A stretch of 64,000 bases of DNA from an uncultured delta proteobacterium (GTDB lineage: Bacteria > Desulfobacterota > Binatia > UBA9968): assembly GCA_963804165.1 (NCBI GenBank), contig CAWDPO010000043.1, positions 64,001 through 128,000 of the forward strand, written 5' to 3'. Under the pieces are notes generated by a model. That model saw only the letters and a program-made list of their open reading frames with translations. It was not told where the DNA came from and ran no database searches. Positions 33,435 through 42,548 of this stretch are shown piece after piece. How positions within the stretch are numbered: the first letter of the stretch is position 1; each line of letters opens with the position of its first letter. The translations under genes were made by a program, and so were the position numbers.

Positions 33435-33482
33435 GGTTTGTTTTCATCCGCTTGCGAGAAGCATTACCGAATCTGCAGGCGA

Positions 33483-34385
33483 TCAAAACCGATCAAGCGA
33501 AGTATCCTGCCATGCCAGCGGGTCACCGACCGGTTCTAGGTGGGTAAACACGGTCGCACCAGGAATCGCGGCGCGGATATCGCGTTCCACTTGTTCCAGC
33601 AGATCATGTCCACGTTGCACAGTCCAATCGCCCGGCACCAGCACGTGAAACGAAATAAAGGATCGGCTAGCCGCGTGGCGAGTGCGTAATGCGTGATAGT
33701 GAATCCCATCGCGCTCGTATCGGTTAAGAAGCTCTATGATCGCTTGATGCTCTGCAGGAGGCAGCGCACTATCCAACAGACCAAGCACCGAGCTCCGCAG
33801 CAAGTTAGCTCCCGTCCAAAGAATATTGATCGCGACGATGATCGCAACGATGGGATCCAAGCGATTCCATCCGGTAAGAAATACGACGGCGATTCCGATG
33901 ACGACGCCTGCCGAAGTCCAGACGTCCGTCATTAAGTGACGAGCGTCGGCTTCGAGCGTGATCGAACGATACTTATCGGCGGCATGCAGCAATAGCCGGG
34001 CAACTACGAAGTTGACGATCGCCGCGAGAATCGACACAGCAAGTCCGATGCCGACCTGCTCCAAAGGCCGAGGCGTAATCAGCCGTGGGATAGCGGTCCA
34101 GACGATACTCGCTGCAGCGAGAAGAATGAGCGCTCCCTCGAGCCCGCTCGAGAAGTATTCGGCCTTGCTATAGCCGAACGCGTGCATTTCATCGGCGGGA
34201 CGCGCCGCAACCGCGAGCATGGCGAGCGCCATCAATGCCGCAACCAGATTGACGATCGATTCAAGCGCATCGGACAAAAGGCCCACGGATCCGGTGATGT
34301 AATACGCGGTCGTCTTCAAAACGATCGTGGCAAGCGCCGCGGCAATCGAAAGCCATGCAAATCGGGTGAGACTGGCTCGCTCCAT
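33483..34385 (-). CDS. cation diffusion facilitator (FieF-like) transporter
   Basis: [32 protein letters not shown] and THLEP motifs. Confidence 0.95.
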   Translation of the reverse strand: MERASLTRFAWLSIAAALATIVLKTTAYYITGSVGLLSDALESIVNLVAALMALAMLAVAARPADEMHAFGYSKAEYFSSGLEGALILLAAASIVWTAIPRLITPRPLEQVGIGLAVSILAAIVNFVVARLLLHAADKYRSITLEADARHLMTDVWTSAGVVIGIAVVFLTGWNRLDPIVAIIVAINILWTGANLLRSSVLGLLDSALPPAEHQAIIELLNRYERDGIHYHALRTRHAASRSFISFHVLVPGDWTVQRGHDLLEQVERDIRAAIPGATVFTHLEPVGDPLAWQDTSLDRF

Positions 34386-34729
34386 ATTGTTAGAACAAAG
34401 ATTGCTGAAATTACTCTCCGTCGCAAGACAAAGCGATGCGCGCTTGGCATTGGCGAAGCCTGACAATCAAGGTGCGTTTTGAGCTTGTCTCGTTTGCGCG
34501 AGCGACTCCCGCGGCCTTTCACGACCTGGATCCCGGCTGCTCCTGTACATTGCCCATTCGCGTGCGGCCGAGTCCCAGTAACAGGTAAACCATCAGCTTG
34601 TTGTGACAGGGTGCAGGTGCTAGTCGTCAACTATCAGCGTTACATGGATCTTTTGGCCTGCTGGATCCAGAGTCGATCGAGGAGGTGGACCATGGCGTCG
34701 AGCGACTCTGACGCGGTTCGCCACGTGGA

Positions 34730-35611
34730 TCAGGTTCGAATCATCAACACCGAGTTGTTCGCGTGACGGAGCACTTTCTCTGTGACACTTCCAAGTACCC
34801 AATGCTTGATAATCGAGCCGCTGTGGGGAGACATTGCAATCAGCGTGTTCGGTGTTCCTTTGCCCATTTCGATAATTGTTTCCGCAGCGTCTCCTTCGGT
34901 GACGGAAGAGAACACCTCTACCAGACCGCGACTCTTCAGTTCCGCCACCTTGTCATCCAGGTAATTCATGGCTTCCCATCTCAATTCTCCCTTGAGTTCA
35001 TCCAGATCGGGATGATAATCCTCGAAGCTGAAGATAATCTGTTTTAAGCTGTACGACCGTAAAAGCGTGACTTTCGCATGGAAAGCTTTTGCCAACTCGA
35101 CAACATACAATAGAACAGATTCGGCCTGGGTCGAGCCATCGAGAGGGACAATGATCGAATCCGGAGCCGCTTCACCCTCTGAACTGGTTTCCTCGTTCGC
35201 TCTCACCACAAGAACCGCGTTATGTGCTCCGCGCACTACTTTTTCGGTGACGCTCCCGAGCAGCCAGCGGCCAAGTCCAGAACGGCCATGAGTCGCCATC
35301 GTGATAAGCGTTCCCGCAGCAGCGTTCGCAATAATAGCGTCTTCGGCTTTACCTCTTTCCATGCTGTATTGGATGGCGCCTGTGGAGAAAGTCTTGGAAA
35401 TTTTCTTGAGATACTCCTCGGCATTTCTCGCGCCACTTTCTATGAGCGTATCGAGATCACCTGCTTTTTTCTTAGAAAAGTCAGCCGCGGTCTCGATGAC
35501 CGTTATGAGGGTTATTGGTATTTCCAGGGTTCGTCCTAGAGCACGAACGTGGGGCAGAACCTTTTCCGCGATAGCCGATCCGTCTAGCGGCACCAGTATG
35601 CGAGTAAACAT
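34730..35611 (-). CDS. tandem universal stress protein
   Basis: MFTRILVPLDGS; two USP domains. Confidence 0.93.
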   Translation of the reverse strand: MFTRILVPLDGSAIAEKVLPHVRALGRTLEIPITLITVIETAADFSKKKAGDLDTLIESGARNAEEYLKKISKTFSTGAIQYSMERGKAEDAIIANAAAGTLITMATHGRSGLGRWLLGSVTEKVVRGAHNAVLVVRANEETSSEGEAAPDSIIVPLDGSTQAESVLLYVVELAKAFHAKVTLLRSYSLKQIIFSFEDYHPDLDELKGELRWEAMNYLDDKVAELKSRGLVEVFSSVTEGDAAETIIEMGKGTPNTLIAMSPHSGSIIKHWVLGSVTEKVLRHANNSVLMIRT

Positions 35612-35651
35612 CGTTCCCTCGCATTCCGGTTGGACGCGATAATCACGGAAT

Positions 35652-36218
35652 TCACTCATGACCGGTCACCACCCGCCGCGCGGCAACAATGATACTTGCG
35701 ACCTGAGGAATCGCGGCGTCTTCCAGGTGCTTCGGATAAGAACACTTCGGCTTAGCGATATCTTCAAGGTTGATGCCGCCGAAGGACGGCTCCAACCACT
35801 TGCACGCCTGAATCAGCTCGTCAGGGTCTTTGGTCGCCAGACAAATTGGAAAGGCATCGACACCGCCCAAATACTTGAACAACACCGCCTTGCCTTCCAT
35901 CACCGGCAACGCTGCATGGGGGCCGATGTCGCCCAGGCCGAGCACCCGCGTGCCGTCGGAAACGACCGCGATGAAATTGGCTTTGTTCGTGTGCGCGAAC
36001 ACCTGTTCGGGATGTGCCGCAATATCGCGGCAGGGTGCCGCCACTCCCGGCGAGTACCAGATCGAAAAGTCTTCGTAAGTATGGATGGCACACTTCGGTG
36101 TGACTTCCAGTTTGCCGCGGTAGACGGGATGCAGCCGCAGCGCTTCTTCAGCGGGTTTCTGTGCCCGCGCCAGAAGCTCTGCGATGTTAGGTGCGGTCTT
36201 TCGTTCAGCCTCTTGCAT
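35652..36218 (-). pseudogene. truncated malic enzyme N-terminus fused to a PDH E1-beta C-terminal remnant
   Basis: [27 protein letters not shown] and FGGINLEDIAKPKC, then abruptly YPKHLEDAAIPQ...AARRVVTGHE; NAD-binding domain missing. Confidence 0.8.
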
Positions 36219-36259
36219 GGCGTGCTAGTCCTCGTGATTTGGCCCTAAGGTTCCTATGC

Positions 36260-36274
36260 GCAAGAAATAAGCCA
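36260..36274 (-). promoter_or_regulatory. sigma-54 promoter
   Basis: TGGCTTA-TTTC-TTGC on the minus strand. Confidence 0.8.
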
Positions 36275-36324
36275 GGGAACTCGATTTACAAATCGCCGTC
36301 TTAGCGGACTCCAACAGCTATATT

Positions 36325-36373
36325 TTTTCCACTACTGCGAACAAACGACTCGGGTTTTTCCACAATTGAAAAT
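36325..36373. promoter_or_regulatory. putative enhancer (UAS) palindrome pair
   Basis: TTTTCCA-CTAC-TGCGAAC (36325) and TTTTCCA-CAAT-TGAAAAT (36356), 31-bp offset. Confidence 0.7.
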
Positions 36374-36434
36374 ATTCTCTCCGAACCCATGGGTACTGAG
36401 GCTGGAACATGCCGTTTACCTTCCGGAACCTTGA

Positions 36435-36449
36435 CGGCACTGGAATTGC
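36435..36449 (+). promoter_or_regulatory. sigma-54 promoter
   Basis: CGGCACT-GGAA-TTGC. Confidence 0.8.
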
Positions 36450-36511
36450 TCAAGTTCTCTTACGGAAAAACATCATTTTTAATCCGGAGAGAATTTCAAG
36501 GAGGAATCGCC

Positions 36512-37027
36512 ATGAGAACCGGACCCACTCATCGTTACCCATTGACGCGCGGCGCACCCCGGTACAAAACCACCTACGACATCTTTGACGGCACGCTGCA
36601 AAAAACACAGATCTGGCTGAACGAGCTGATGACCGCGCTCGACTGGGAAAATCACCCGCAGAAAGCCTATCTCGCATTGCGCACGGTGTTGCACGCCCTG
36701 CGCGATCGGCTGACGGTCGAGGAAGCCGTGCAACTCGGCGCCCAGCTGCCGATGCTCGTGCGCGGTTTCTATTACGAAGGCTGGACGCTCAAAGGAAAAC
36801 CTCGCAAAGAACGGCACAAAGAGGATTTTCTCGCGCACATCAAAGATGCTTTTAAAGAGGACGTCACCGTTCGGCCGGAGAGCATTGCGCGCGCGGTTTT
36901 CAAAGTGTTAGCGCGTCACACCAGCGAAGGCGAAATCGACGACGTCAAGCATATTTTGCCGAAGACGCTGCATGAACTGTGGCCATCGAAGCGCGTTATG
37001 ACGTCTGCGAGCGCAAGAGAGCACTGA
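36512..37027 (+). CDS. DUF2267-family protein
   Basis: AYLALRTVLHALRDRL...AQLPMLVRGFYYEGW...GEIDDV...LP...LWP; RBS AAGGAGG. Confidence 0.9.
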   Translation: MRTGPTHRYPLTRGAPRYKTTYDIFDGTLQKTQIWLNELMTALDWENHPQKAYLALRTVLHALRDRLTVEEAVQLGAQLPMLVRGFYYEGWTLKGKPRKERHKEDFLAHIKDAFKEDVTVRPESIARAVFKVLARHTSEGEIDDVKHILPKTLHELWPSKRVMTSASAREH

Positions 37028-37081
37028 TTCAGGGAAAAGCACTGCTTGCGCGTGATAATCATTGGACGTCGGGTGGTACAT

Positions 37082-37363
37082 ATGGATCGACTATTCCTAC
37101 TGATTGCCGGGGTTGCGATCCTTGGTCTCTATTTTATGATTGCACCGGTTGCTATTAACACCTATCGTCGCTATCGCAAACGTAAGACAATCATCTGTCC
37201 CGATACCGGTCAGATAGTGGAACTGGACCTCAACGCAGTGCATGCCGGTCTCATGTCCGCTTTGGGAAAGCACTGCGTCCGAGTAAAATGGTGCAGCCTG
37301 TGGCCGCGCAAAAAAGGTTGCGCTCAAGAGTGCGTAAATGAGGACTGGTGGTCCCGAGATTGA
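37082..37363 (+). CDS. small membrane-anchored Cys-motif hypothetical protein
   Basis: N-terminal TM helix, then ICPDTG...CSLWP...CAQEC. Confidence 0.7.
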   Translation: MDRLFLLIAGVAILGLYFMIAPVAINTYRRYRKRKTIICPDTGQIVELDLNAVHAGLMSALGKHCVRVKWCSLWPRKKGCAQECVNEDWWSRD

Positions 37364-37670
37364 TGTGCACAGTCCGGGTCAATGGCAGCAATCGCAGATT
37401 AAACTGACGCTTCAACCGTTTCGGCGACGCCGGCCTTCCCGACTCATCGACATGACCCAGAATTAGCGCGCCGGTAACAAATAAGACGACTACCGAAATA
37501 AACTCCATGAATTGCCGACAGTTCGAGACCTGGCTCAGGCAGCGGCGACAGAGATTCAATAAGATACTTAACACCTGCGACAGAGCCGCGAGCAAGAGCG
37601 ATTTGAACTAGTTGAACGGTTTGAACGATTCGAGCTAACAAGTCTCAGAGATCATACCGGAGCCAAAGCT

Positions 37671-39257
37671 ATGGCTATCGAATCCCCCTCCCTACCGCCT
37701 CTGATTCAAACCATGCTGCGCACGAGCTTCTATCCGCACCGCACCGATTCGGTAGAGCTTCGACAGACCCATATTTCCTACGTGCTACTAGCGGGCGATT
37801 ACGTCTACAAAATTAAAAAACCGGTCCGTTTCTCTTTTCTCGACTACTCGACGTTGGAGAAACGTCACCATTTTTGCCACGAAGAAGTCCGCCTGAATCG
37901 GCGGCTTGCCCCGGCAGTTTACCTGGACGTGCTCGCCGTCGCGCGCGACAAAAAACGATTCAGCCTCGAGGTTTTTCCTGGACAAGAGAAGATTGTCGAA
38001 TACGCCGTAAAAATGCGCCGACTCCCAGAGGAATATTTCCTCGACCGACTGATCCAAGAAGGGAAAGCTCGGCAGCAACATTTCGATTCTATCGTGACCA
38101 AGCTGGCGGACTTTTACGCCGCGGCGGCATCCGATCGAGCCTCGCTCTACGGATCTGCGGAGGCGATTCGTGCAAATCTGGAAAAAAACTTGAAACAGAT
38201 GGAGCCATTCATTGGCGAAACCCTCACCTTGGACGAATTTGAACACATACGAGACTATCAGCTTAATTTTCTAACCGAAAACTGTGATCTATTGGATACG
38301 AGAGTTCGAGACGGTCGCGTGAGAGAAGGACATGGCGACCTCCGTGCCGAGCATATCTGCCTTGAGGAAGATCCTGTAATCTTCGACTGCATTGAGTTCA
38401 ACGAGGAATTTCGCTACTGCGATGCAGCCTCAGAAATTGCGTTTCTTTCGATGGATTTGGACTATCTCGGAGTCCCTATGCTCTCGGAGCATTTCGTTCA
38501 GTCCTTTCAGAACCGCACCAAAGATCTTGACCTTTTACGTCTTCTGTCCTTGTACAAAACTTATAGAGCGTGCGTTCGAGGCAAAGTGGAAACGCTAAAA
38601 AGCCGGGAATCCGAGGTGCCCGAGGAGGAACGCCAGGACGCCAAGAGCCGGGCGCGCCGTTACTTTCATCTGGCGCATCGCTACGCGAGCGGTCCCTTTC
38701 CTCCCGCCCTAATTATCGTCTGTGGCCTGGCCGGATCAGGAAAGTCTACTGTCGCTCGAACCGTCGGCGCGCGCACCGGATATCAGATCCTCAACTCCGA
38801 TGTGGTTCGCAAGCAACTGGCCGGCATTTCATTGACGACCCGTTCGATAGAGGATTACGGCAAAGGTCTGTACACCGACTCATTCAATACTCGCACTTAC
38901 GATTGCCTCCTGAAACAGGCCGAAGACTGCTTAAAATCTGGTAAAGGCGTGATTATCGATGCGACGTTTAAGACCTCGCAGCACCGGCGACAATTTATAG
39001 AGCTCGCATCGCGGCGGCACCTACCGGTCCTCTTTGTCGAGTGCCGTGCGAGCGAGGGAAAAACCCTTGAACGCTTGAAAGAACGCCAGCAACGGCCAGG
39101 CGAGGTCTCCGATGCTACGGTGGCGATCTATTTACGGCAGCGAGAGGAGTTTGTGCCATTGACCGAGATGCCCGAGTCGATCCGAATGATCGTAAATACC
39201 GAAGGCGATCCCGAAGAGGCCGCCGGCCAGGTAATGAATTTTCTCCGCAGGACGTAG
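37671..39257 (+). CDS. bifunctional aminoglycoside-phosphotransferase-like / P-loop kinase (Rv2004c-like)
   Basis: THIS..L...YKIKKPV, EGHGDLR, FDCIEFN; C-terminal GLAGSGKST and IIDATF. Confidence 0.92.
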   Translation: MAIESPSLPPLIQTMLRTSFYPHRTDSVELRQTHISYVLLAGDYVYKIKKPVRFSFLDYSTLEKRHHFCHEEVRLNRRLAPAVYLDVLAVARDKKRFSLEVFPGQEKIVEYAVKMRRLPEEYFLDRLIQEGKARQQHFDSIVTKLADFYAAAASDRASLYGSAEAIRANLEKNLKQMEPFIGETLTLDEFEHIRDYQLNFLTENCDLLDTRVRDGRVREGHGDLRAEHICLEEDPVIFDCIEFNEEFRYCDAASEIAFLSMDLDYLGVPMLSEHFVQSFQNRTKDLDLLRLLSLYKTYRACVRGKVETLKSRESEVPEEERQDAKSRARRYFHLAHRYASGPFPPALIIVCGLAGSGKSTVARTVGARTGYQILNSDVVRKQLAGISLTTRSIEDYGKGLYTDSFNTRTYDCLLKQAEDCLKSGKGVIIDATFKTSQHRRQFIELASRRHLPVLFVECRASEGKTLERLKERQQRPGEVSDATVAIYLRQREEFVPLTEMPESIRMIVNTEGDPEEAAGQVMNFLRRT

Positions 39258-39317
39258 TCAAGGCGCGCCCTGTCGACACCCGCGCGCTGGATTTGAACTG
39301 TGCCGCTAAGAAAGTAC

Positions 39318-39507
39318 TCGTGTGGTGTCTCAGAAGTTCGTTTCAAAAGTCCAAACGATGACAGGAGCTCAAGTCAAACTCAAATCCCCCTTAGTCCCCT
39401 TTTTCTCCAAAGGTAATCTCACTCCTCTTTGCCAAAGAGGGGCACGAGGAGATTTTCGGACAAACTGCCGCGGCAATAATACAGCGACCTTCTGGGCCAG
39501 GACACTA
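39318..39507. mobile_element. MITE-like non-coding element with internal palindromic repeat
   Basis: Imperfect 23-bp terminal inverted repeats (39318-39340 vs 39485-39507, 17/23 match); internal AAATCCCCCT...CTCTTTGCCAAAGAG...GGAGATTT hairpins. Confidence 0.5.
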
Positions 39508-39616
39508 TAGCCGCGATGCGAGGTATGACGCTCACGCGCAACAGGTGAGCTTCGACATTAACCGATATCAGCCGCGTTCTTTGCAGTTACCGGGAGACGG
39601 TACTGGTGGGAGCTAT

Positions 39617-39876
39617 TCACTTACGACGGAGCAGCAAACCAAAGAGCAGGCCGATGCTGGCAGCAATCGCCAATCCTGCCCAGGTATTTTCGCGTAACTG
39701 TGATTCCGTCCCAGCTAGAGTCTTTCTGCCGTCTTCTATCTTTTTTCCAGACGCTGACGCAGATCTCCAATGCGCTCGCTAGTCTGACTGGCCGTCGCTT
39801 TGACGAGATCTTCCACGTCTTCAATCAAAACTTTGAAATCTTCGGATAACTTTTTTGTCGTTACCTCGTTCATCAT
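39617..39876 (-). CDS. ElaB/YqjD (DUF883) family protein; 1-bp homopolymer frameshift near 39745
   Basis: LSEDFKVLIEDVEDLVKATA...; second frame LRENTWAGLAIAASIGLLFGLLLRRK*; RBS GAGGGG. Confidence 0.8.
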
Positions 39877-40038
39877 TACCCCCTCTATACGATCTTCATC
39901 CTACGACGAACACCCGGAACCGTGGCTTTAATCACAACCACTTACGGCAACATACTTTGACAAGGCACGTCAGTCCGGCTGATTGAAATGTTCCAGGGCA
40001 GCTAAGTAAGCTCGCTTACCGGTCACCGCAACCTGGCT

Positions 40039-40260
40039 CTAATGCCTTGTCCCTTCGTCAGACTCACCTAAATGAGAATCGCTCGAGCAGAATGATGACT
40101 CCCTAAGGTTTCGTCGGCGACGCAAATATGTATCCGTTGGCCAGTTCCAGTTAAAAACCGGCAGCTCATCATCATTGTAAGGCGCGCCATTAACTTTGCT
40201 TTGGCTAAATATGAGTTGCCAATAACTCATGCGATTTCGGCTGTTCTGTTTCGACTTCAT
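40039..40260 (-). CDS. small hypothetical protein
   Basis: RBS AAGGAGG and an upstream sigma-54 promoter at 40351-40365; no recognised motif. Confidence 0.45.
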   Translation of the reverse strand: MKSKQNSRNRMSYWQLIFSQSKVNGAPYNDDELPVFNWNWPTDTYLRRRRNLRESSFCSSDSHLGESDEGTRH

Positions 40261-40350
40261 GGGACATGCCTCCTTTACTTGTGCATTCCATCCGGAAAAT
40301 ACTCCCAGTCCGATACGTTAAGAATCGACGTTGCTAGAGCTTCTGTATTT

Positions 40351-40365
40351 GCAAAACATGTTCCA
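40351..40365 (-). promoter_or_regulatory. sigma-54 promoter
   Basis: TGGAACA-TGTT-TTGC on the minus strand. Confidence 0.7.
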
Positions 40366-40700
40366 CGTTCAGTCGTAAGCTCAGGCTGATGAGCAGAATT
40401 TTGAAGTTTAGATGTTGGGGAACGGCTGAATTAATACTGTGATTTCTAAAATGGCAGGTTCGGATCGGATACTGCTTCTTGCAGCACGATGTAAGGTCCA
40501 AATGTCGTCGCTCGGCTGTCCAAGATGCGCGGATGCAATGGCGAACTGTGGGGCCAGCCGGGAGAGTTTGGTTTGCTTTTTTTGATGAGTTCATCGCTAC
40601 CCATTTCCCGAGCCCTCTTCGATAGAGCACTAGCGCAACCTCTGAATCCTTCCCATGTAGAGTCACCTTTGCTGCCTCGCCGTCCAAAGATAGATCTAAA

Positions 40701-40954
40701 TCACTCTTTTTGAGCCAGCTTGGTGTCCACCCATTCGAGGTCGATCGACTGGATTGCCTCTTGTCTAAGTTCCGGATAAGTTTTTCCGAAGCTCGGGTGG
40801 AAGCGACCCATGTACGACTTGAGAATCTCAACTTCGATCGTCAGGGCATCGACGCTGCAGTCAGGTCCACCTTCAAATCTTTGGGCAACGATCCCGTCGC
40901 TTCGATTTCTCGCTGGAACAAGTGTAACTGCTGTTCGATTGCCGCATCGTCCAT
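40701..40954 (-). CDS. small helical hypothetical protein; probable frameshift near 40860
   Basis: RBS GGAGG before MDDAAIEQQLHLFQREIE..., continuing in the frame VDALTIEVEILK...IDLEWVDTKLAQKE*. Confidence 0.55.
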
Positions 40955-41017
40955 TTGAGTCCTCCAAGACTGAGTTTAGCGAATCATCAATGACCTGTTA
41001 CCTGCTGTCTCCAGGGC

Positions 41018-41032
41018 GCATACAACGTGCCA
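41018..41032 (-). promoter_or_regulatory. sigma-54 promoter
   Basis: TGGCACG-TTGT-ATGC on the minus strand. Confidence 0.75.
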
Positions 41033-41093
41033 CGCTGGACACATCTGAGCGTATCAAAGGAACGCTGGCGAAATTCACAGTTGGTCAGCAGCT

Positions 41094-41142
41094 TTTCGCG
41101 CGAACGGTAAAAACTGCGAGCGCGACTATCATTGCTGCGAAA
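41094..41142. promoter_or_regulatory. putative enhancer (UAS) palindrome pair
   Basis: TTTCGCG-CGAA-CGGTAAA (41094) and ACTATCA-TTGC-TGCGAAA (41125), 31-bp offset. Confidence 0.55.
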
Positions 41143-41260
41143 ACTAACCAGGGCCGTCGCCTTGATCTCTCCGTACGGTAGCCGTTGTGCACCATCCTCG
41201 CATATTCATTGAACTAGTTTATTCCCAAAACGCGCTCGAAAAGCGTTCTTTTCGAATCGC

Positions 41261-41275
41261 TGGCACAACGTTTGC
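41261..41275 (+). promoter_or_regulatory. sigma-54 promoter
   Basis: TGGCACA-ACGT-TTGC. Confidence 0.85.
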
Positions 41276-41329
41276 GCTTAATCATATGGACGACAACCGT
41301 AACAATGCGTTGAGTACCGGGAGGTTTTT

Positions 41330-41563
41330 ATGGCAAGCGAAACCGAACTTTTTTATCTTGTGTTGCTTACCCTGCTGACGCTGATCGTGCATTTGATTCT
41401 TTCGACAAAGAACCGCCGACACGCTAGGCATTCACACAGACAGAGTATCGTTAGGGACGGTTTTCACAGCATTTGGGCGCGATGCGACAATCCTTATCGA
41501 TTGGCCGGGTCGATTTTTTGGGGTTATAGGTTCGGCGTGAAATGGATCCGCTCCCACGTGTAA
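41330..41563 (+). CDS. single-TM microprotein, copy 1
   Basis: MASETELFYLVLLTLLTLIVHLILS; RBS GGAGG; paralog at 54542. Confidence 0.7.
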   Translation: MASETELFYLVLLTLLTLIVHLILSTKNRRHARHSHRQSIVRDGFHSIWARCDNPYRLAGSIFWGYRFGVKWIRSHV

Positions 41564-41873
41564 GTAGGGCGTCGGACCATTTCGCGTCGCCGCTAACTCG
41601 ATGAAGATATTCCAAATGTGGTAACGATTGGGTGCCCAAACGCTCCGCGGTTCCGAGAGATGCACCGCAACTGTGGTTGCTGCATAACCCACAACTTCAG
41701 CAAGGGGGGATACTCAAAGTAACAGCCCGCACGCTGCATTTATCGGTATGCTTGAATAAAAAGGCACGTGAAATGGTCACAAAAATCAAATAGTCGCTCT
41801 CAGTGTAGAGGGGCATGGTGTTTTGCGATAGCTCCGAAGAAAGATTGGCGTCTCAAACTAAGGCTCTAATGAA

Positions 41874-42548
41874 ATGCGGGTTCTCGTCGTCGAAGACGAC
41901 AAAAAAATAGCATCGTTTATGGTGAAGGGGCTTAAGGAAGCCGGGTTCGCCGTGGACCGCGCCGATAACGGGGAGGACGGACTGCACATGGCTCTCAGCG
42001 CTCCCTACGACGCGGCTGTGGTGGACATTATGCTACCAAGGCTTGACGGGTTGAGCCTTATCGAACGATTGCGGACGGAAAAGGTTCACACGCCGGTGCT
42101 GATCCTAAGCGCCAAGCGCTCGGTCGACGACCGCGTCAGAGGGCTTCAAACCGGCGGCGACGACTATCTGACTAAACCGTTTTCCTTTACCGAACTTCTA
42201 GCGCGCGTGCAGGCCCTAATCCGCCGGGCGAACCATGAGACTGAGTCAACGCGGCTTGAAGCGGGCGATCTCTCGATGGACTTGCTTCGGCGTGAGGTTT
42301 TACGCGCCGGAAGGGTTCTTGATCTGCAGCCGCGCGAATTTGCCTTGTTGGAGTATATGATGCGTAACGTCAGCCGAGTGGTATCGAAGACGATGATTAT
42401 CGAGCACGTCTGGGGATACGACTTCGATCCGTTGACCAACGTTGTCGACGTGCTGGTTTCCCGACTGCGTAGCAAGGTGGACCGTGACTTCGACAAAAAG
42501 CTGATTCATACCTATCGCGGAGCCGGTTATGCCCTTAAAATTTCCTAA
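41874..42548 (+). CDS. OmpR-family response regulator (CusR/CzcR-like)
   Basis: VLVVEDD, DIMLP, DDYLTKPF; winged helix NVVDVLVSRLRSK. Confidence 0.96.
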   Translation: MRVLVVEDDKKIASFMVKGLKEAGFAVDRADNGEDGLHMALSAPYDAAVVDIMLPRLDGLSLIERLRTEKVHTPVLILSAKRSVDDRVRGLQTGGDDYLTKPFSFTELLARVQALIRRANHETESTRLEAGDLSMDLLRREVLRAGRVLDLQPREFALLEYMMRNVSRVVSKTMIIEHVWGYDFDPLTNVVDVLVSRLRSKVDRDFDKKLIHTYRGAGYALKIS

